Source of the DNA: Calcarisporiella thermophila CBS 279.70
Taxonomy: Eukaryota > Fungi > Calcarisporiellomycota
NCBI RefSeq assembly: GCF_041956535.1
Contig: NW_027192192.1
Span: 1,500,646 to 1,564,645 of the forward strand
DNA length: 64,000 nt
Direction of reading: 5' to 3'
The notes beneath the pieces are model-generated. The model had not been told where the DNA came from, did no database searches, and saw only the letters and a program-made list of their open reading frames with translations. Of the stretch, positions 39,379 through 52,731 are shown piece by piece. Each line of letters starts with the position of its first letter. Within the stretch, counting starts at the first letter, position 1. Position numbers and translations under genes: made by a program.

Positions 39379-42300
39379 ACCCATTACACTCTAGGCACTC
39401 GATCAATGCCTTTGATTTAAGCTTGATTTTGTTGCTTTAGCGTAGTGGTTTTCATCCCTATTAAATTTAATTTTGAAAATGTTCGTCTAAGTGCTCTGAA
39501 GTATTACATTGAGTCTCATTGGCCGTCCCTTTCATCGAAATATCTATTGAATATATAGTGTTATTTTGATAGCAAAATATTACATACGTAAATAAATATA
39601 TGTTGTTAGGACAAATATACATAAGTTTTGGAAGAGAGTTGGCATGGGGTTGGTGGCGATATTTAGAATACAAAATGATGAATCACGAAAGAAAGGATAT
39701 AGGTGATGAAATCATTAAAGAGCCTGAGAGGAGAAAAGCCATAAATATAAAGGATTGTTTAATGAATCGGGATGCTTCATCATAATCGCTAGTGACTCAC
39801 GGCGACATTATTATAAACTTAAATATCGCTTTAGCTAAGCAATTAACTTTGAACGAGTATTTAAAAGAATTACAGTAGATACAGTATTGTAAATATAGTA
39901 TCCTACAATATCACTGAATTTATTTATTTTTAATATAATCGTGTCTGCCAGTAATTCCAACCTTTCTCACCTCATCGTGGCAGAGAAATTCAGAAACTCC
40001 AACCAACCGACCCGCATATTCCTACTATCATTATTTATGACATGATAGGTATTATTATTCAAACAAGAATGCTTTGAGTGAAAACGAGAGTATTATATAT
40101 GAGTTCCTGCGAATCACACAGAAGGAGCCAAAGAAAGAGTCAGGGATTTCATCGTTGTTCATTCAAGAGAATCCCCCCAAATCAACTTTGCCACTTCAGG
40201 AGATAGAGCTCATCAATATATGGTTAAATACCTACTCCTTCCCCATCATCAGTCGCACAAGAGTGATACATACTACGAAAAGCGATTAGATCCTTTATTC
40301 TATGCTGCATCTTTCGATACCTTGATTGGAGGGATTTTGACTTTGTTTGGGATCTACACTCACTTATCATGAGGTTAAGCTTTTAGAAAATGCGATATAT
40401 GAGGCTTCGCTAACGAGATTGCAAGGGCATTTTATTTCAAGTGAGCATTATTTGACTCTGGGAGAACCAACCTGAGGCATGATATTCTTTTCGACGGCAT
40501 TGAGAATGGCAAAAGAAATATGAATTTAATGAATTTTTGAAGCAGCCTAACAAAATACTTGATCCTATCTAGCATGATTTACCTGCGAATCTCGCTTGGG
40601 CTATTTGCATGGTATATACATGGTTATATCTACAGATTGGCCTGAGAATCGATAGCAAAACTCTGACACTTCAAATGAAATTTCCAACTAAGGACGAAAA
40701 ATAACCGTTCCTCTACGCACTAAATAAACAGTATGGATACATTATTTCGCTGCGCGGGCACACTCAAATAAAAAAAACGATTATCTCTTTTCACAATCGT
40801 GCTTATATGACGCTAGTCATATCCGTAATACGGCAGAAGATTACTCCACTGTCTACGTCGGTGTCTTTGGTGAATCATCATAAGAAAATCCCATGAGCCA
40901 ACTCAAAAACCTGAAAAATTGCCTTCAATCTTATAGTTAGGTTAAACGCGATTCCGACAACCTTATTTGGCTGAATATGGTGAAAATCATAATCTACCTT
41001 AATATTCTTGTCATCCGTTTGTATTTTCCGAAATCTAAAGATCCTTTCCAGGTGTCTATCGACCGCGTCACTTTCACCAGATGTATTATGCATGATGACA
41101 TGAGTCAATTTATTAAAGTGAATTCTCAAAGCCTCCAGGGAACGGTCTTCTTTTCTCTTGGCATTTTTGGGCTAACCATAATCGCACGTGTTCACATTAT
41201 TTGGGTAAGAGTTGGGTTTGAAGAGCGTGAAATAGCATTAGGGAATTTGAAGTAGGTGATGGAGCTATTAAATTGGAGGGGTTTTCTGCACCATATCAGA
41301 ATCTGTTGAATACCATAAGAAGAAATATGATGGGAGCAGTGTATTGGACAGTTGTTGCTTCAAATGCAAACAAGATGAATATTAGTGCGGATAATCTTTA
41401 GCATAATCTAGTTGACCTACCCATGTCAATCTCGATCTAATTGCTAATGTAATAGTGGGCAAAATGTGGATACCGCCCACAGAGATATAAGTAGTATTAA
41501 CGTGAAGTAAAACTCAATTACCCATTCATTTATAATACTTAAATTATTTCTCGACAATCTTCATCTAAGATGCGATATCTCTGAGATAATGGAAGGATGA
41601 TCCAATGGCAGAAGAAACTTTGTATTGAGATGGCAATTAATGCCCATTGAGCACTGCAGGAGAAAATAAACTTAAATGAGAACTTTCACTTCACGATGTG
41701 GTAAAACACTATGTTTACAAAAGAGTGTCTCTATTTCTAACGGTTGACTAGTAAATATGTTCAAATTGCCATTTCTTTATTATAACCCAGAATTACAAGC
41801 AAATCAATGTGCCAAATGAAGTACATAGTTATCCCATATTATAAAATATATCTCAACCTGCTGGAAGAAATGGATAGGAAAATATAGCTTTATTTGATTC
41901 ATCAATCGTGATAGTTTTGTTTGTGCTTTGTTCTGCAAGGAACAGGCAATAGCTGCGTATGATTTATTTAAACATCACTTATTAACTAGGATAAATATAG
42001 TTATTAGAGTATTTCTTATCTCTGAGCATTCTTCGAGTTTGCGAATATTCTATTAAAAAATGTTAAGTCATTAATTTGCAACTGACAAGTTTTATATCTT
42101 ATGAAGCCGTTTGTTCTTGTCGATTTCCTAGATATCAGCCTATTCTGATGAAGGTTGTTGGGGTAAGTTATGCAAGATTCAATAACCTTATTTGTCAAAT
42201 GGTGTGAGAAAAATTTAAAACTTAAGTATTATGTAACTGGGCACGTGATATAGAATATGTAACTTCAACTTCAAAATTATGAGTTTGTATTTAGTATCAA

Positions 42301-42885
42301 TCTATGATACCCATACAGCCAAAAAGCCACGGTATAGTTATATTCGTTTTTTGTAAGATTTAACTTGTGATTGAGCTGAGGGCTATTTGAATGGTAAATT
42401 TTGTTCCAAGAATAGGGCTCGGATAAGTAAACTTCCCGATAAGCCACACAATAAACCGCTCAATTATAAGGCCACCACCATCAGAAAAAGCGGAGATTCT
42501 ACAAGCTACCTTTACGGGTCTTGGTGGATTGCATGTCTCAAATTGAGTAGGGATCAGTTAAAATAGTCCTAACGTTACTAGCCAATCATCTATCTGATGA
42601 CTTCACTATATCGTTCGATACGATCAAGTCAAATTGCTCATATGATTCCGGAGAATATGCTTCGAACAAAATAGGTCTCTCCGATTTCCAAGCATGGTAC
42701 TTAATTTGATTTGTTTCATAGATGGGGGTGAATTCACTTTGGGCTTGAGCTTAGTTATACCAAAGCTTCCATACCACAAAAATGACATGTGATTATTTCT
42801 ATTTAACTCCACACTGCCCACATTCACTTCAGTATTCACTTTTACATTTGGTGAAAACATATCGAGACACTAGGTGTGCTTTATT

Positions 42886-44449
42886 ATGGCATCTCAACAA
42901 CAAGACAGCAAAGAAGTGAATCCACTGCGACCACAACATCACTATGTTATAATAATAGGAGCTGGGTTTTCAGGCCTTGGAACAGCAATACGGCTTATGC
43001 AAGAAAATATCCATGATTTTGTTATTCTTGAGCGCGGTAATGATGTAGGGGGAACATGGCGAGACAATAGGTGATGTTAAGACATAATCGCAACAAATCG
43101 AGGTATGGGATACTAATGATGTTTACTAAAAATCGAATAGTTATCCTGGGGCAGCTTGTGATGTACAAAGCGATCTTTATTCCTTTTCTTTTGCTCAAAA
43201 TCCAGACTGGACACGCAACTACGCTCCTCAGCCCGAGATATTTGCCTATCTCCGCTGGTGTGCATCTAAGTACGACGTTTATAAGCACTGTCGTTTCTAT
43301 CATGAGGTTGAATATGCACAGTGGGACGACGCGCGCCAATTGTGGGAAGTGCAAACTTCGCAAGGAACGTATTCTGGGAATTTCGTAGTATCTGGAGCCG
43401 GTGCACTTTGTGAACCTTCTTATCCAAAGATTAAAGGGCTGGCTGAATTCGCCAAAGTGGCGGGTAACAGCGTGTTCCACTCCGCACGTTGGGATCATGA
43501 GCGCGATTTATCAGGCCGCAAAGTAGCGGTAATTGGCACTGGAGCCTCAGCCATCCAGATAATACCGGCTATACAGCCGAAAGTCAAGCAATTGGTGGTA
43601 CTACAACGAACCCCTCCCTGGGTTATTCCTCGTGATGACCGTCCACGGTTCGAACGATGGCTGTTTAGAAGGATTCCAATACTTCAAACAGCAATGCGAG
43701 CGTTTCTTTATATTGTCCGTGAGTTGTTTGTGATCCCGATGAAATATAATTTAACGGCATTCCGTCTGCTCGGCCTACTGCAACTGTATTGGCAAGTAAA
43801 AGACCCGAAGCTGCGCGCGAGGATAACTCCCAGTTATTCTATGGGATGCAAACGAATCCTTATCTCCAATGATTACTATCCAGCGATAACCCAACCAAAT
43901 GTTTCCGTTGTGACCGAAGGAATCGAAGAGATTGAAGAAAATCACATTGTTACTCGAGACGGCGCCCGACATGGAGTTGATACAATTGTTCTTGCCACAG
44001 GATTTCTTGTAACCGACGCACCTACTCCAAACTTCATCCGAGGCCGCGGAGGAAAACTACTTGCCGAAGCCTGGCGTGAGAATATAGAAGCTTACAAAGG
44101 AACTACAATTCCGGGGTTTCCCAATTCATTCATTCTTCTCGGGCCTAACACTGGTTTGGGGCACACATCTCAGATCGTAATGATCGAGGCCCAGATCAAT
44201 TATATTGTCGAAGCAATCAAGTATATGCGGGATCATTCCCAAAGGACCATAGAGGTGAAGAGAGACGCATGTAGAGAATACAACGAAATGATTGCGCGAA
44301 AACTCCGTAATACTGTTTGGACATCAGGTGGATGCAAGAGTTGGTACCAGGACTCCAGTGGCAAAAATCCTGTCGTTTGGCCTGATTATACTTTTGTGTA
44401 TTGGTGGAAAACTCGCCGTTTTGATTTCGAAAACTTTATATTCACATGA
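42886..44449 (+). CDS. Baeyer-Villiger/flavin-containing monooxygenase (cyclohexanone monooxygenase-like), one intron
   Basis: GAGFSG; GGTWRDNS|YPGAACDV across intron 43071-43140; FHSARW fingerprint; GTGASA; ATGF; GCKSWY. Confidence 0.92.
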
Positions 44450-45192
44450 TGGCAAGATTTCTCGCTAGAAAATCGGATTGCATCACAAGTTTACCTTTAT
44501 TCTCCCTAAGATATTTGCCTGTGCAACCAATTCTTTAGAGATGTAGGTACATTTTTCGCCTAACAAAGCTACAATGATTTGATTTTGGCACAATCTATTT
44601 AATTGCAAGCCTTTGAGAAATATAATATTTAGCTTAATCATTGAGACCTAATCTTTGTTTTCTAACTTGATGCAGCACTTTTTAGATCTCATTAAAATGG
44701 GAAAATGTCTTCTAGAGTCTAGTAGAATTAACGCTAATTTCATTTATCTAACATTGTAAAAACGGGTTAAGAAATGTAAAAAAGAGTGGTTAATTCAATG
44801 TGTTAATATAATCGTCCTCGCCAGAAGGGCTTGTCAATTAAAATGCATATTGGCTATGGGATAATATCTCGTTCTATAATATAAAGTTTTTTAAGAAGTG
44901 ATTCCATTTCCAGGGCGGGTTTATTAAAGTTTTATAATAGTCATAAATTGTATTCGGACAAGGAGTATAATGTTTTGTTACACCCCTCATTTTTTATAAA
45001 ATCAATCGAAACTCCTGTGAGGTTACCATTACAAATAAATATTGTATATTTTGTAAAAGCAAATTATACAAGCTCCACCACCGTACATATCAGGGAGTAT
45101 TGTTTGTAAGTTTTCGATGATAAAGGCGTATTAAAAAGAAAATTTTCGTGGGACATTTTTGCATCAATAAGCAGGGGTAGGCACATACCCTT

Positions 45193-46028
45193 CCCTACAA
45201 AAAACCCGCCTGGTGAAAACTGCTAGNNNNNNNNNNNNNNNNNNNNNNNNNNNNNNNNNNNNNNNNNNNNNNNNNNNNNNNNNNNNNNNNNNNNNNNNNN
45301 NNNNNNNNNNNNNNNNNNNNNNNNNNNNNNNNNNNNNNNNNNNNNNNNNNNNNNNNNNNNNNNNNNNNNNNNNNNNNNNNNNNNNNNNNNNNNNNNNNNN
45401 NNNNNNNNNNNNNNNNNNNNNNNNNNNNNNNNNNNNNNNNNNNNNNNNNNNNNNNNNNNNNNNNNNNNNNNNNNNNNNNNNNNNNNNNNNNNNNNNNNNN
45501 NNNNNNNNNNNNNNNNNNNNNNNNNNNNNNNNNNNNNNNNNNNNNNNNNNNNNNNNNNNNNNNNNNNNNNNNNNNNNNNNNNNNNNNNNNNNNNNNNNNN
45601 NNNNNNNNNNNNNNNNNNNNNNNNNNNNNNNNNNNNNNNNNNNNNNNNNNNNNNNNNNNNNNNNNNNNNNNNNNNNNNNNNNNNNNNNNNNNNNNNNNNN
45701 NNNNNNNNNNNNNNNNNNNNNNNNNNNNNNNNNNNNNNNNNNNNNNNNNNNNNNNNNNNNNNNNNNNNNNNNNNNNNNNNNNNNNNNNNNNNNNNNNNNN
45801 NNNNNNNNNNNNNNNNNNNNNNNNNNNNNNNNNNNNNNNNNNNNNNNNNNNNNNNNNNNNNNNNNNNNNNNNNNNNNNNNNNNNNNNNNNNNNNNNNNNN
45901 NNNNNNNNNNNTCTACAAATTATAGTGAAATTGTTGAAAAATTATAAGGAATCGCGAACCTCCTCCATCTTTTCTACATGCTCCTATACGTTTTCTAGCA
46001 GTTTTCACCAGACGGGTTTTTTGTAGGG
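45193..46028. mobile_element. CACTA/CMC-like non-autonomous element spanning the assembly gap, 3-bp TSD CTT
   Basis: 34-bp inverted repeat CCCTACAAAAAACCCG(C/T)CTGGTGAAAACTGCTAG at 45193-45226 and 45995-46028; CTT at 45190-45192 and 46029-46031. Confidence 0.8.
45227..45911. other. Assembly gap (N run)
   Basis: 685 N characters. Confidence 1.
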
Positions 46029-47645
46029 CTTGTAACTAAACAAGAAAATACATCTATGGTCTGAAAATCATTCCAAGTTTTCTGTCAACTAGACTTTTAT
46101 TATCTAATAATATATTCACTATGTCTCGCACCACTCCTGTTCAACGCGCTCACATATCCGTCCTTCTCTAAGAAGGTTATTCCACTCGTGAAATTGCCAC
46201 TCGTGAGGGCACCAGCAGAACAACTGTATCAAGAATACATCAAGATGAAGAGAATGATCCAGAGAGTTCATCAAGAAAAAAAATGGATCGCCCGCGCAAG
46301 TTATCCCGGCGTGATGAAAATAGATTATGCAGGAGCTTGACTACCGGAGAATGTAGGAACGCAGTCAAGGCACAAGGACTTTGGAACGAGACAATTAATC
46401 AGGTTATCTCCGTTAATACTGTTCGCCAGACACTCCATCGCAATGATTTTGTTGCAAGAGTTCGAAAAAAAAGGCTTCTTCTCACAAAAAAGCATCGCCT
46501 CAGGAGATTGCAGTTTGTAAGAAAATATAAGGATTGAACCACTGAAGATTGGAGTCGAGTCATCTTCTCGGATGAGCGCCAAATTCGTATCTTTGGGGAT
46601 GAGGGGCGAGAGTGATACTGGAAGAAGCGTGACGAACCTCTTCAAGATCGCCATATACAACCCGTGATAAAGCATGGAGGCGGAAGCATAATGATGTGAG
46701 GTTGTATGAGCTATTATGGCATCGGATTTTCATGTCGTTTTATAAAAACTCTCGATGCCAAACTTTATCCGCAAATCCTTGATGATGAATTGATGGCGAC
46801 AATCAAGTGGTACAATCTTGACAAGAAAGAAATAATATTTCAGCATGATAACGACTCAAAGCATAAAGCAAAACTCGTCGAACGATGGTTCCAAAGCATG
46901 CAGATCCAAGTTCTTGATTGGCCTTCACAATCGCCTGACTTTAATCCCATAGAACATCTATGGGATGAGGTAAAGAGACGACTGAGGGACAGACTCCCAC
47001 AGATATCGGGAAAGGATGGCCTGTGGGAAAAGGTGAAAACCGTCTGGGAGTCGCTCACAAAGGACGATTGTGTTACGTCGATAAATACGATGCCAAGGCG
47101 GATTCAAGAAGTTATCAATGCTAGAGGCGGATATACTGAATTGTAGTCAGAACGTACTTTATTTATCTTAAATATTGACTATTTGCTATAATGAGTCTGT
47201 GGAGAAAGAGGATAAAATGTTGAAATCATGAGATTTTCAATTTGATAAAATATGTAATTTCCCGAAATATATTAATATTTCTTGAAAGGAGAGTTAGCAA
47301 TGGGCATTCCATGGTATACAGGGGATTAGCAGAGTGAATGGGGTTTTCAATTATACAAGTGCTAAGTATATAGGGGTTGTCTTTGAAGAAATATTTGAGT
47401 TGAATATAAAAATAATAGGGTGTCACGAAACTTTTAAGAGGCACTTTAGATGTAAATAACCTAACCTAATTAGTCTAGAGTGAATGAACTAGGCCCTGTT
47501 CAATTAAGTTACATGGATGAGATGGGATCACGTGTACTCTTATCTTTCGCGCAATATTGCATTACTCACTACCGCTCAGTACTTTTACTAGTTCTCAATT
47601 TTTGGTATCTCATAGCTGGTATTGCATCTTCTATATTAGTTCACC

Positions 47646-49579
47646 ATGGGTTCTTTCCAATCTGTACCTTCTCAGCCCTGCCAAGCCAAGGAACATTTTG
47701 AGCCTCCACCACCATACTCTATAGATTCAGAAAGTAGCTTTGAGAAGGAGCAATTGTATCCTTCTAGTGATGAGCTGACTAAGGACCATTTTGACCATTT
47801 CAAGTAAATTAATACGTCTATCACATATTACCATAGGTTTTCTTTAGAATACTAGCTAAAGATTCTGAGATGTAATAGGAACGATTTTTCCAGCAATCCC
47901 AAGAACCTCCTTGCTGTAAATGCAGTGACTCGGAATGATATTTCTGCTGTTACTATCTCAAGAGAGGCAGTTATTAAGAACATCCCCGTGTTTTCCACAA
48001 AATTGGAGCTCGAAGGTATCATCCCTTTCAGAAATAATTTTAATGCGGTTGATTGATTAGAACTAACAATTTCTTCTACAATATAGGCAAAGCAACCAAT
48101 CAAAAGTCAAGTGGACGCTGCTGGCTCTTTGCAAGTACCAATGTGTTGCGATTAATTCTCATTAAAAAGTAAAATATATGTCATGTGGAGTTAATTCATA
48201 TGTTTAGTGTTCATTTCTTGTTAATATCTATGATCATACAGATACAATCTCGAGGACGATTTCGAATTGTCTCAGTCTTACCTCTACTTTTACGATAAGC
48301 TGGAAAAGTCTAATTGTAGGCCTTTTTTAATATTACTTACCGCAAACTCAACTATAGTGATTTCTCATACTTGCTTTTAATTTTATATGTCTAGATTTTT
48401 TGGAATCTGTGCTTGATCTTATTGAGGTGGACGTGAATGATCGAAATCTTGCCGCTCTCCTCTCTGATCCTGCTAGTGATGGTGGCCAGTGGGATATGTT
48501 GGTTAATCTAATAAATAAATATGGCGTTGTGCCGAAGTCGGGTAAGAAAGATTAATGTGTTTTTCATTTTTTTCCTCATCTAATGTCACTGTAATTGGAT
48601 TTGTAGTGTACCCTGAAAGCTTCCAATCTTCTAATTCAAAGCGTCTATCATACTTGGTGGTCGTCAAGCTTCGAGAATTTGCAGCAAGACTTCGTAAAGA
48701 ATATCGTAATGGAAAGAGCTTAGAGCAGTTACGGCGCTTGAAAATGAGCATGATATCTGATATATATCGTATTTTGGCCATTTCCCTTGGCACTCCTCCA
48801 ACTGAATTTGATTGGTGCATTTACAACAAGAGTAAGAAGCTGATCGAGCACCGGTCGCTCACTCCAAAGAAATTTTTCGAAAATATCATAGGCTACCCGG
48901 TATATATGATTTATGCACTAGTTTTAATAGACACCTGGTCTAATGCTTCGACCGTTATAGCTTCAGGACACGTTGTCGCTTATTAATGATCCTCGCAATG
49001 AATACAATAAGCTTTACACAGTAAAATATTTGGGTAATATCGTAGGGGGTCATCCCATACGATATGTTAATATTCCCATTGAGGAGATGAAAGCTATTGC
49101 TTGCCGTGTTCTTCAATCCGGCAGACCTGTGTGGTTTGGGTGCGATGTGGGACAATTTAGCCACAATGAATTTGCTACTATGGATACTGCACTTTACGAC
49201 TACGAATCCACATTCAGCGTCAAACTTGGATTAACCAAAGCAGAGCGCATTTTGTATGGTGAAAGTCGCATGACCCATGCTATGATGTTTACTGGTGTTC
49301 ATATCGAGAACGGTCGACCTGTCAGGTGGCGCGTTGAGAATTCGTGGGGTGATAATGGTCCTGAGAAAGGATTCTGGATCATGAGTGACGCGTGGTTTAG
49401 CGAATTTGTCTATCAGGTGGGTTATTTTTCAAATGAATTTCTGAATCTTGTTTTAATTTCTTCTCTCTATCTTTGTCCAGATTGTGGTAGAAAAACGTGA
49501 TGCTGGCAAGTATGCGGATGTACTGAAGCAAGATCCTATTGCATTTCCCCCGTATGATCCTTTTGGAAGCCTAGCGTAA
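47646..49579 (+). CDS. LAP3: Bleomycin hydrolase / cysteine aminopeptidase (C1B), multi-exon
   Basis: NQKSSGRCWLFA, FELSQSYL.FYDKLEKSN, SDGGQWDML, PVWFGCDVG, MTHAM, WRVENSWG, C-terminal YDPFGSLA*. Confidence 0.93.
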
Positions 49580-50696
49580 ACTCTTCTCTTTAAGGTTGAG
49601 AAACCTTTTTCGACCCATGGAACCCTTGGTTTCATAATAATGATAATATTTGTTATGTATTTGTTAACGAAATAAAGGCGGTTGTTTCTATTTAGTGTTC
49701 GACTGTGCTTTTTTGAATAGCCCTGAGAAAATTGTTTAAAAGGTTCAAAAACTATTTTCATGGCGTTATTTATATAATATTAATAGATCTGTCCCTATCA
49801 CTGTCGAATAGATTATTTAGATTTAATTTTGAAAATGAAAATTTCAATTCCTAACGTTTACAAAGATATAGACGCTATTTTAAGTAGGGATAAAAGTATA
49901 TCTTTTTTGAAAATTAAAATTTCTTTAATTGAAATCATTATTGAACTTTATTCCATGACTTCTTTGCAATCATAATACTATCCACAAAATATTTTTTATT
50001 GTAGGTACCATTGGTGAATCTTGGATTATTTTTTATTATATTTGGATTCCTATTCACACTCGACGTTGCATAAAAGATTCACCTCAGTGAACTTGTATTA
50101 TTATCTGCCTTAATTTTTTGTGAGACAAAAATATAACGTATACTTTTGCTCTTTCTAATCAGATGGCGAATACCGATATTCAACTAATGATGAATTATAG
50201 AACTGCGTTTTTAAACTTAATATGCAGAAGGATTTTTTCTGCTATTTAGTACATTTTGTTGCAAATTTGATAGGATTTTGCTTCGTTTCGCGGGTAATAT
50301 GTTGTCCTTAACCAGTAGAAGAAACTACCTATAAATTACTGAGAATGAATTTGTACTCGCCACATGTACACTTGAGGCGATTGGTTTACTGGAACCATTC
50401 ACCAAAATAAGACATATTATGTACATCATACCTGGGGCTTATGAAATTGGTTTCGATAATTCAATTGGCTGGGGCGGCAAGATTATTATAAAATGGATAA
50501 GTTGCAGCGCATATCAAATTAATCTGAAATATATATATCTGTCAAAATTAAATTTGCCCATGTATTACTTCAATAGGGTCAAAATGCACTGAATAAGTGT
50601 ATATAAAGGATGATTTTAATTTTCGCAAAACAAAAAAAAATTTCTTATATATTTTTAAACTTCTCAGCTATTTTCTTCGCGTACTTTGACATCAAC

Positions 50697-52157
50697 ATGA
50701 ATTGCTTTCATAAACATCAAGATCTTTACGATACTCTCGTTCAACATCTGCCCTCTTCCAGCGTGATTTTCCAACATCATCCAGATTATAAAACCGTTAG
50801 TTCCTCCTGGAATCTCCGCACACCTTATAAACCATATGTATTCGTTCAACCTGCTAATACCAAAGAAGTTCAAGCGGCAATAAAATGCGCCAGACAATGC
50901 AACGTAACACAAGTGGCAATTCGCAGCGGAGGACATTCTTTTGAAGGTGCTAGCTTGGGAGGTAGAGGTGGGCATGCCTTGGTGATCGATCTTGTAAAAA
51001 TGAATGGTGTAACAGTCGACAGTGAGAGTGGCATCGCTACAGCTGAGGGTGGGGCGCTATTGGGCAAAATTTATCTGGAGGCTTGGAACACCGGAAAATA
51101 TGCTCTTTCGGCAGGGTCATGTGTCGGTGTGGGCGTGGCTGGACAGGCTTCTTGCGGGGGTTATGGGCATTACACTCGCACTCACGGAATTCTATCGGAT
51201 AGAGTTCTCGAGTTTGAGGTGGTAACTGCTGATGGGAACGTATTAATCGCAAACAACGAGCAAAACGAAGATTTGTATTGGGCTCTGCGCGGTGCAGGCA
51301 CAGGTTCCTTCGGGATAATAACCAAACTAAAGATTAAATTACACCAAGCCCCTGACACCATTATCAACTTCACTCTAGACTATCAACTTGGATGGATTAA
51401 CTTCAAACATGTCTTTAAAGCTTTCCAAGATTACTGCTTGTCCGCTTCCACCAAAGTCAATCCGATGATGGTAATCCAATTTGGAAATTTCACCCTCGTA
51501 GGTTCGATATTAGCAGATTCCAAGGAAGAGGGTGATGCATTAGTAGAAGATATGCTGAAAAGACTTCCACCTCCAACAAACAAGGTTATCCAGAAAGTGT
51601 CTTACATTGAATCAGTTGTGGGGCTATCTTTAACCCAAACATCGGCACCATGGTGGGATGATCTGAGGCCATTGAAACGAGAGGGAGAAGAGAAGCGTCG
51701 CTGGATGAAGATTAAAAGCGGATATATTCCAGAAGCGTTGCCAGATGAATTTATTTCAAAGCTTGGAAAGCTTGCCAACAGACAGTGTGCAACTGGGCTC
51801 AGAGTTCAGCTTCTTTGTCTAGGGGGTGCGGAGAGCGAAACTCCTGTTGACTCTACTGCTGTCAGCCGTCGTGGGTGTGCATATTTAATGGGAATGTCCG
51901 TATGGATTATGGATGACGAGGAAGATCCTGTGAACGGAGCAATTGAAGAAGCAAATTACCGTCTTCCTTGGCTCAATCAAACATTCGAGGCCTTTTACCC
52001 ATACATGGATGGTTGCTATATTGGTGATGATGATGCCGATGTTCAGAATCTATACTACAACTTCTTTGGCAAGCATTTTCCTAAACTTCAAAGCATTAAG
52101 CGTAAATATGACCCGGAAAATATTTTCAATCATCGATTGAGTATTCCACCTCAATAG
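50697..52157 (+). CDS. FAD-linked oxidase, berberine-bridge-enzyme/VAO family, intronless
   Basis: RSGGHSFEG (His for covalent FAD), AGSCVGVG (Cys), DLYWALRGAG..SFGI, C-terminal FGKHFPKLQSIKRKYDPENIF. No clear signal peptide. Confidence 0.92.
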   Translation: MNCFHKHQDLYDTLVQHLPSSSVIFQHHPDYKTVSSSWNLRTPYKPYVFVQPANTKEVQAAIKCARQCNVTQVAIRSGGHSFEGASLGGRGGHALVIDLVKMNGVTVDSESGIATAEGGALLGKIYLEAWNTGKYALSAGSCVGVGVAGQASCGGYGHYTRTHGILSDRVLEFEVVTADGNVLIANNEQNEDLYWALRGAGTGSFGIITKLKIKLHQAPDTIINFTLDYQLGWINFKHVFKAFQDYCLSASTKVNPMMVIQFGNFTLVGSILADSKEEGDALVEDMLKRLPPPTNKVIQKVSYIESVVGLSLTQTSAPWWDDLRPLKREGEEKRRWMKIKSGYIPEALPDEFISKLGKLANRQCATGLRVQLLCLGGAESETPVDSTAVSRRGCAYLMGMSVWIMDDEEDPVNGAIEEANYRLPWLNQTFEAFYPYMDGCYIGDDDADVQNLYYNFFGKHFPKLQSIKRKYDPENIFNHRLSIPPQ

Positions 52158-52316
52158 AAGATCCCATAAGCTATTTATAGAACTATTTAGCATATTGTAA
52201 ATTCATTAGAAATATAATAGTACATACTGTATATGAAAAGCTTTTAATAAATTTTTGAATTATATTTCTTTAAAAGGATAATTCACCAGGGACTCTCACA
52301 ATTCTTGCATAAGTAT

Positions 52317-52731
52317 CCCTATAAGAAACCACCGTAATCAAGCCCCGCGTAAATTTATTGGACTTTTTAATAAAATTTCCAGATAAGCTATTGGCTCAAG
52401 TAAAATATTGACATAGTGATTGCGGAAAGCGGGAAAGGTGCCTTGTTGAATACGTATTCATCTCGGCCCAGTGAAATTACTTCGTCAAATGCAAATTGAA
52501 AATTGTTGCAGATTAAATTTCAAACTAGTTACATAGTAGTTGAATCTTTGGAACGTATTACAACACACACCTATGTTTTTACAACCATAATAGCGTATAA
52601 ATTATTTCCTTGTCACCCACATAGAATACTCTCCCTTGAATCCAACCTGCCCATCTATTTATTGTCTCCACCCAGAAAAAATTCGACAAAGAGGAATGTT
52701 TATGGTATTATTGCTGTATATTTCTTTAGGG
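52317..52731. mobile_element. Possible degenerate CCCTA-ended element
   Basis: CCCTATAAGAAA at 52317 and TTTCTTTAGGG at 52721-52731; flanks TAT/AAT (one mismatch); no long TIR. Confidence 0.3.

Larger units (their letters stand above)
44972..47446 (+). mobile_element. Degenerate Tc1/mariner (DD34E) element; transposase pseudogene at 46121-47146
   Basis: FSDE, QHDN, then 34 residues to the E of SPDFNPIEHLW; several in-frame stops and a frameshift. Weak inverted similarity between gttttgttacacccc (44972) and gggtgtcacgaaac (~47418-47431). Ends uncertain. Confidence 0.8.

Noticed and set aside
40074-41255. Coding-like patches and short ORFs
   Set aside because: Could not assemble a coherent gene or assign a family; possibly a highly decayed relic.
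45213-45947. 244-aa ORF of X residues
   Set aside because: Artefact of the N gap.
46121-47146. RIP-like mutation in the Tc1 transposase (apparent CAA>TAA and TGG>TGA stops)
   Set aside because: Too few sites, mixed dinucleotide contexts and no consensus to compare against; ordinary transition decay is sufficient.
47646-49579. Bleomycin hydrolase as a self-resistance gene of the cluster
   Set aside because: Ordinary intron-rich conserved gene; nothing in the sequence links it functionally to the cluster.
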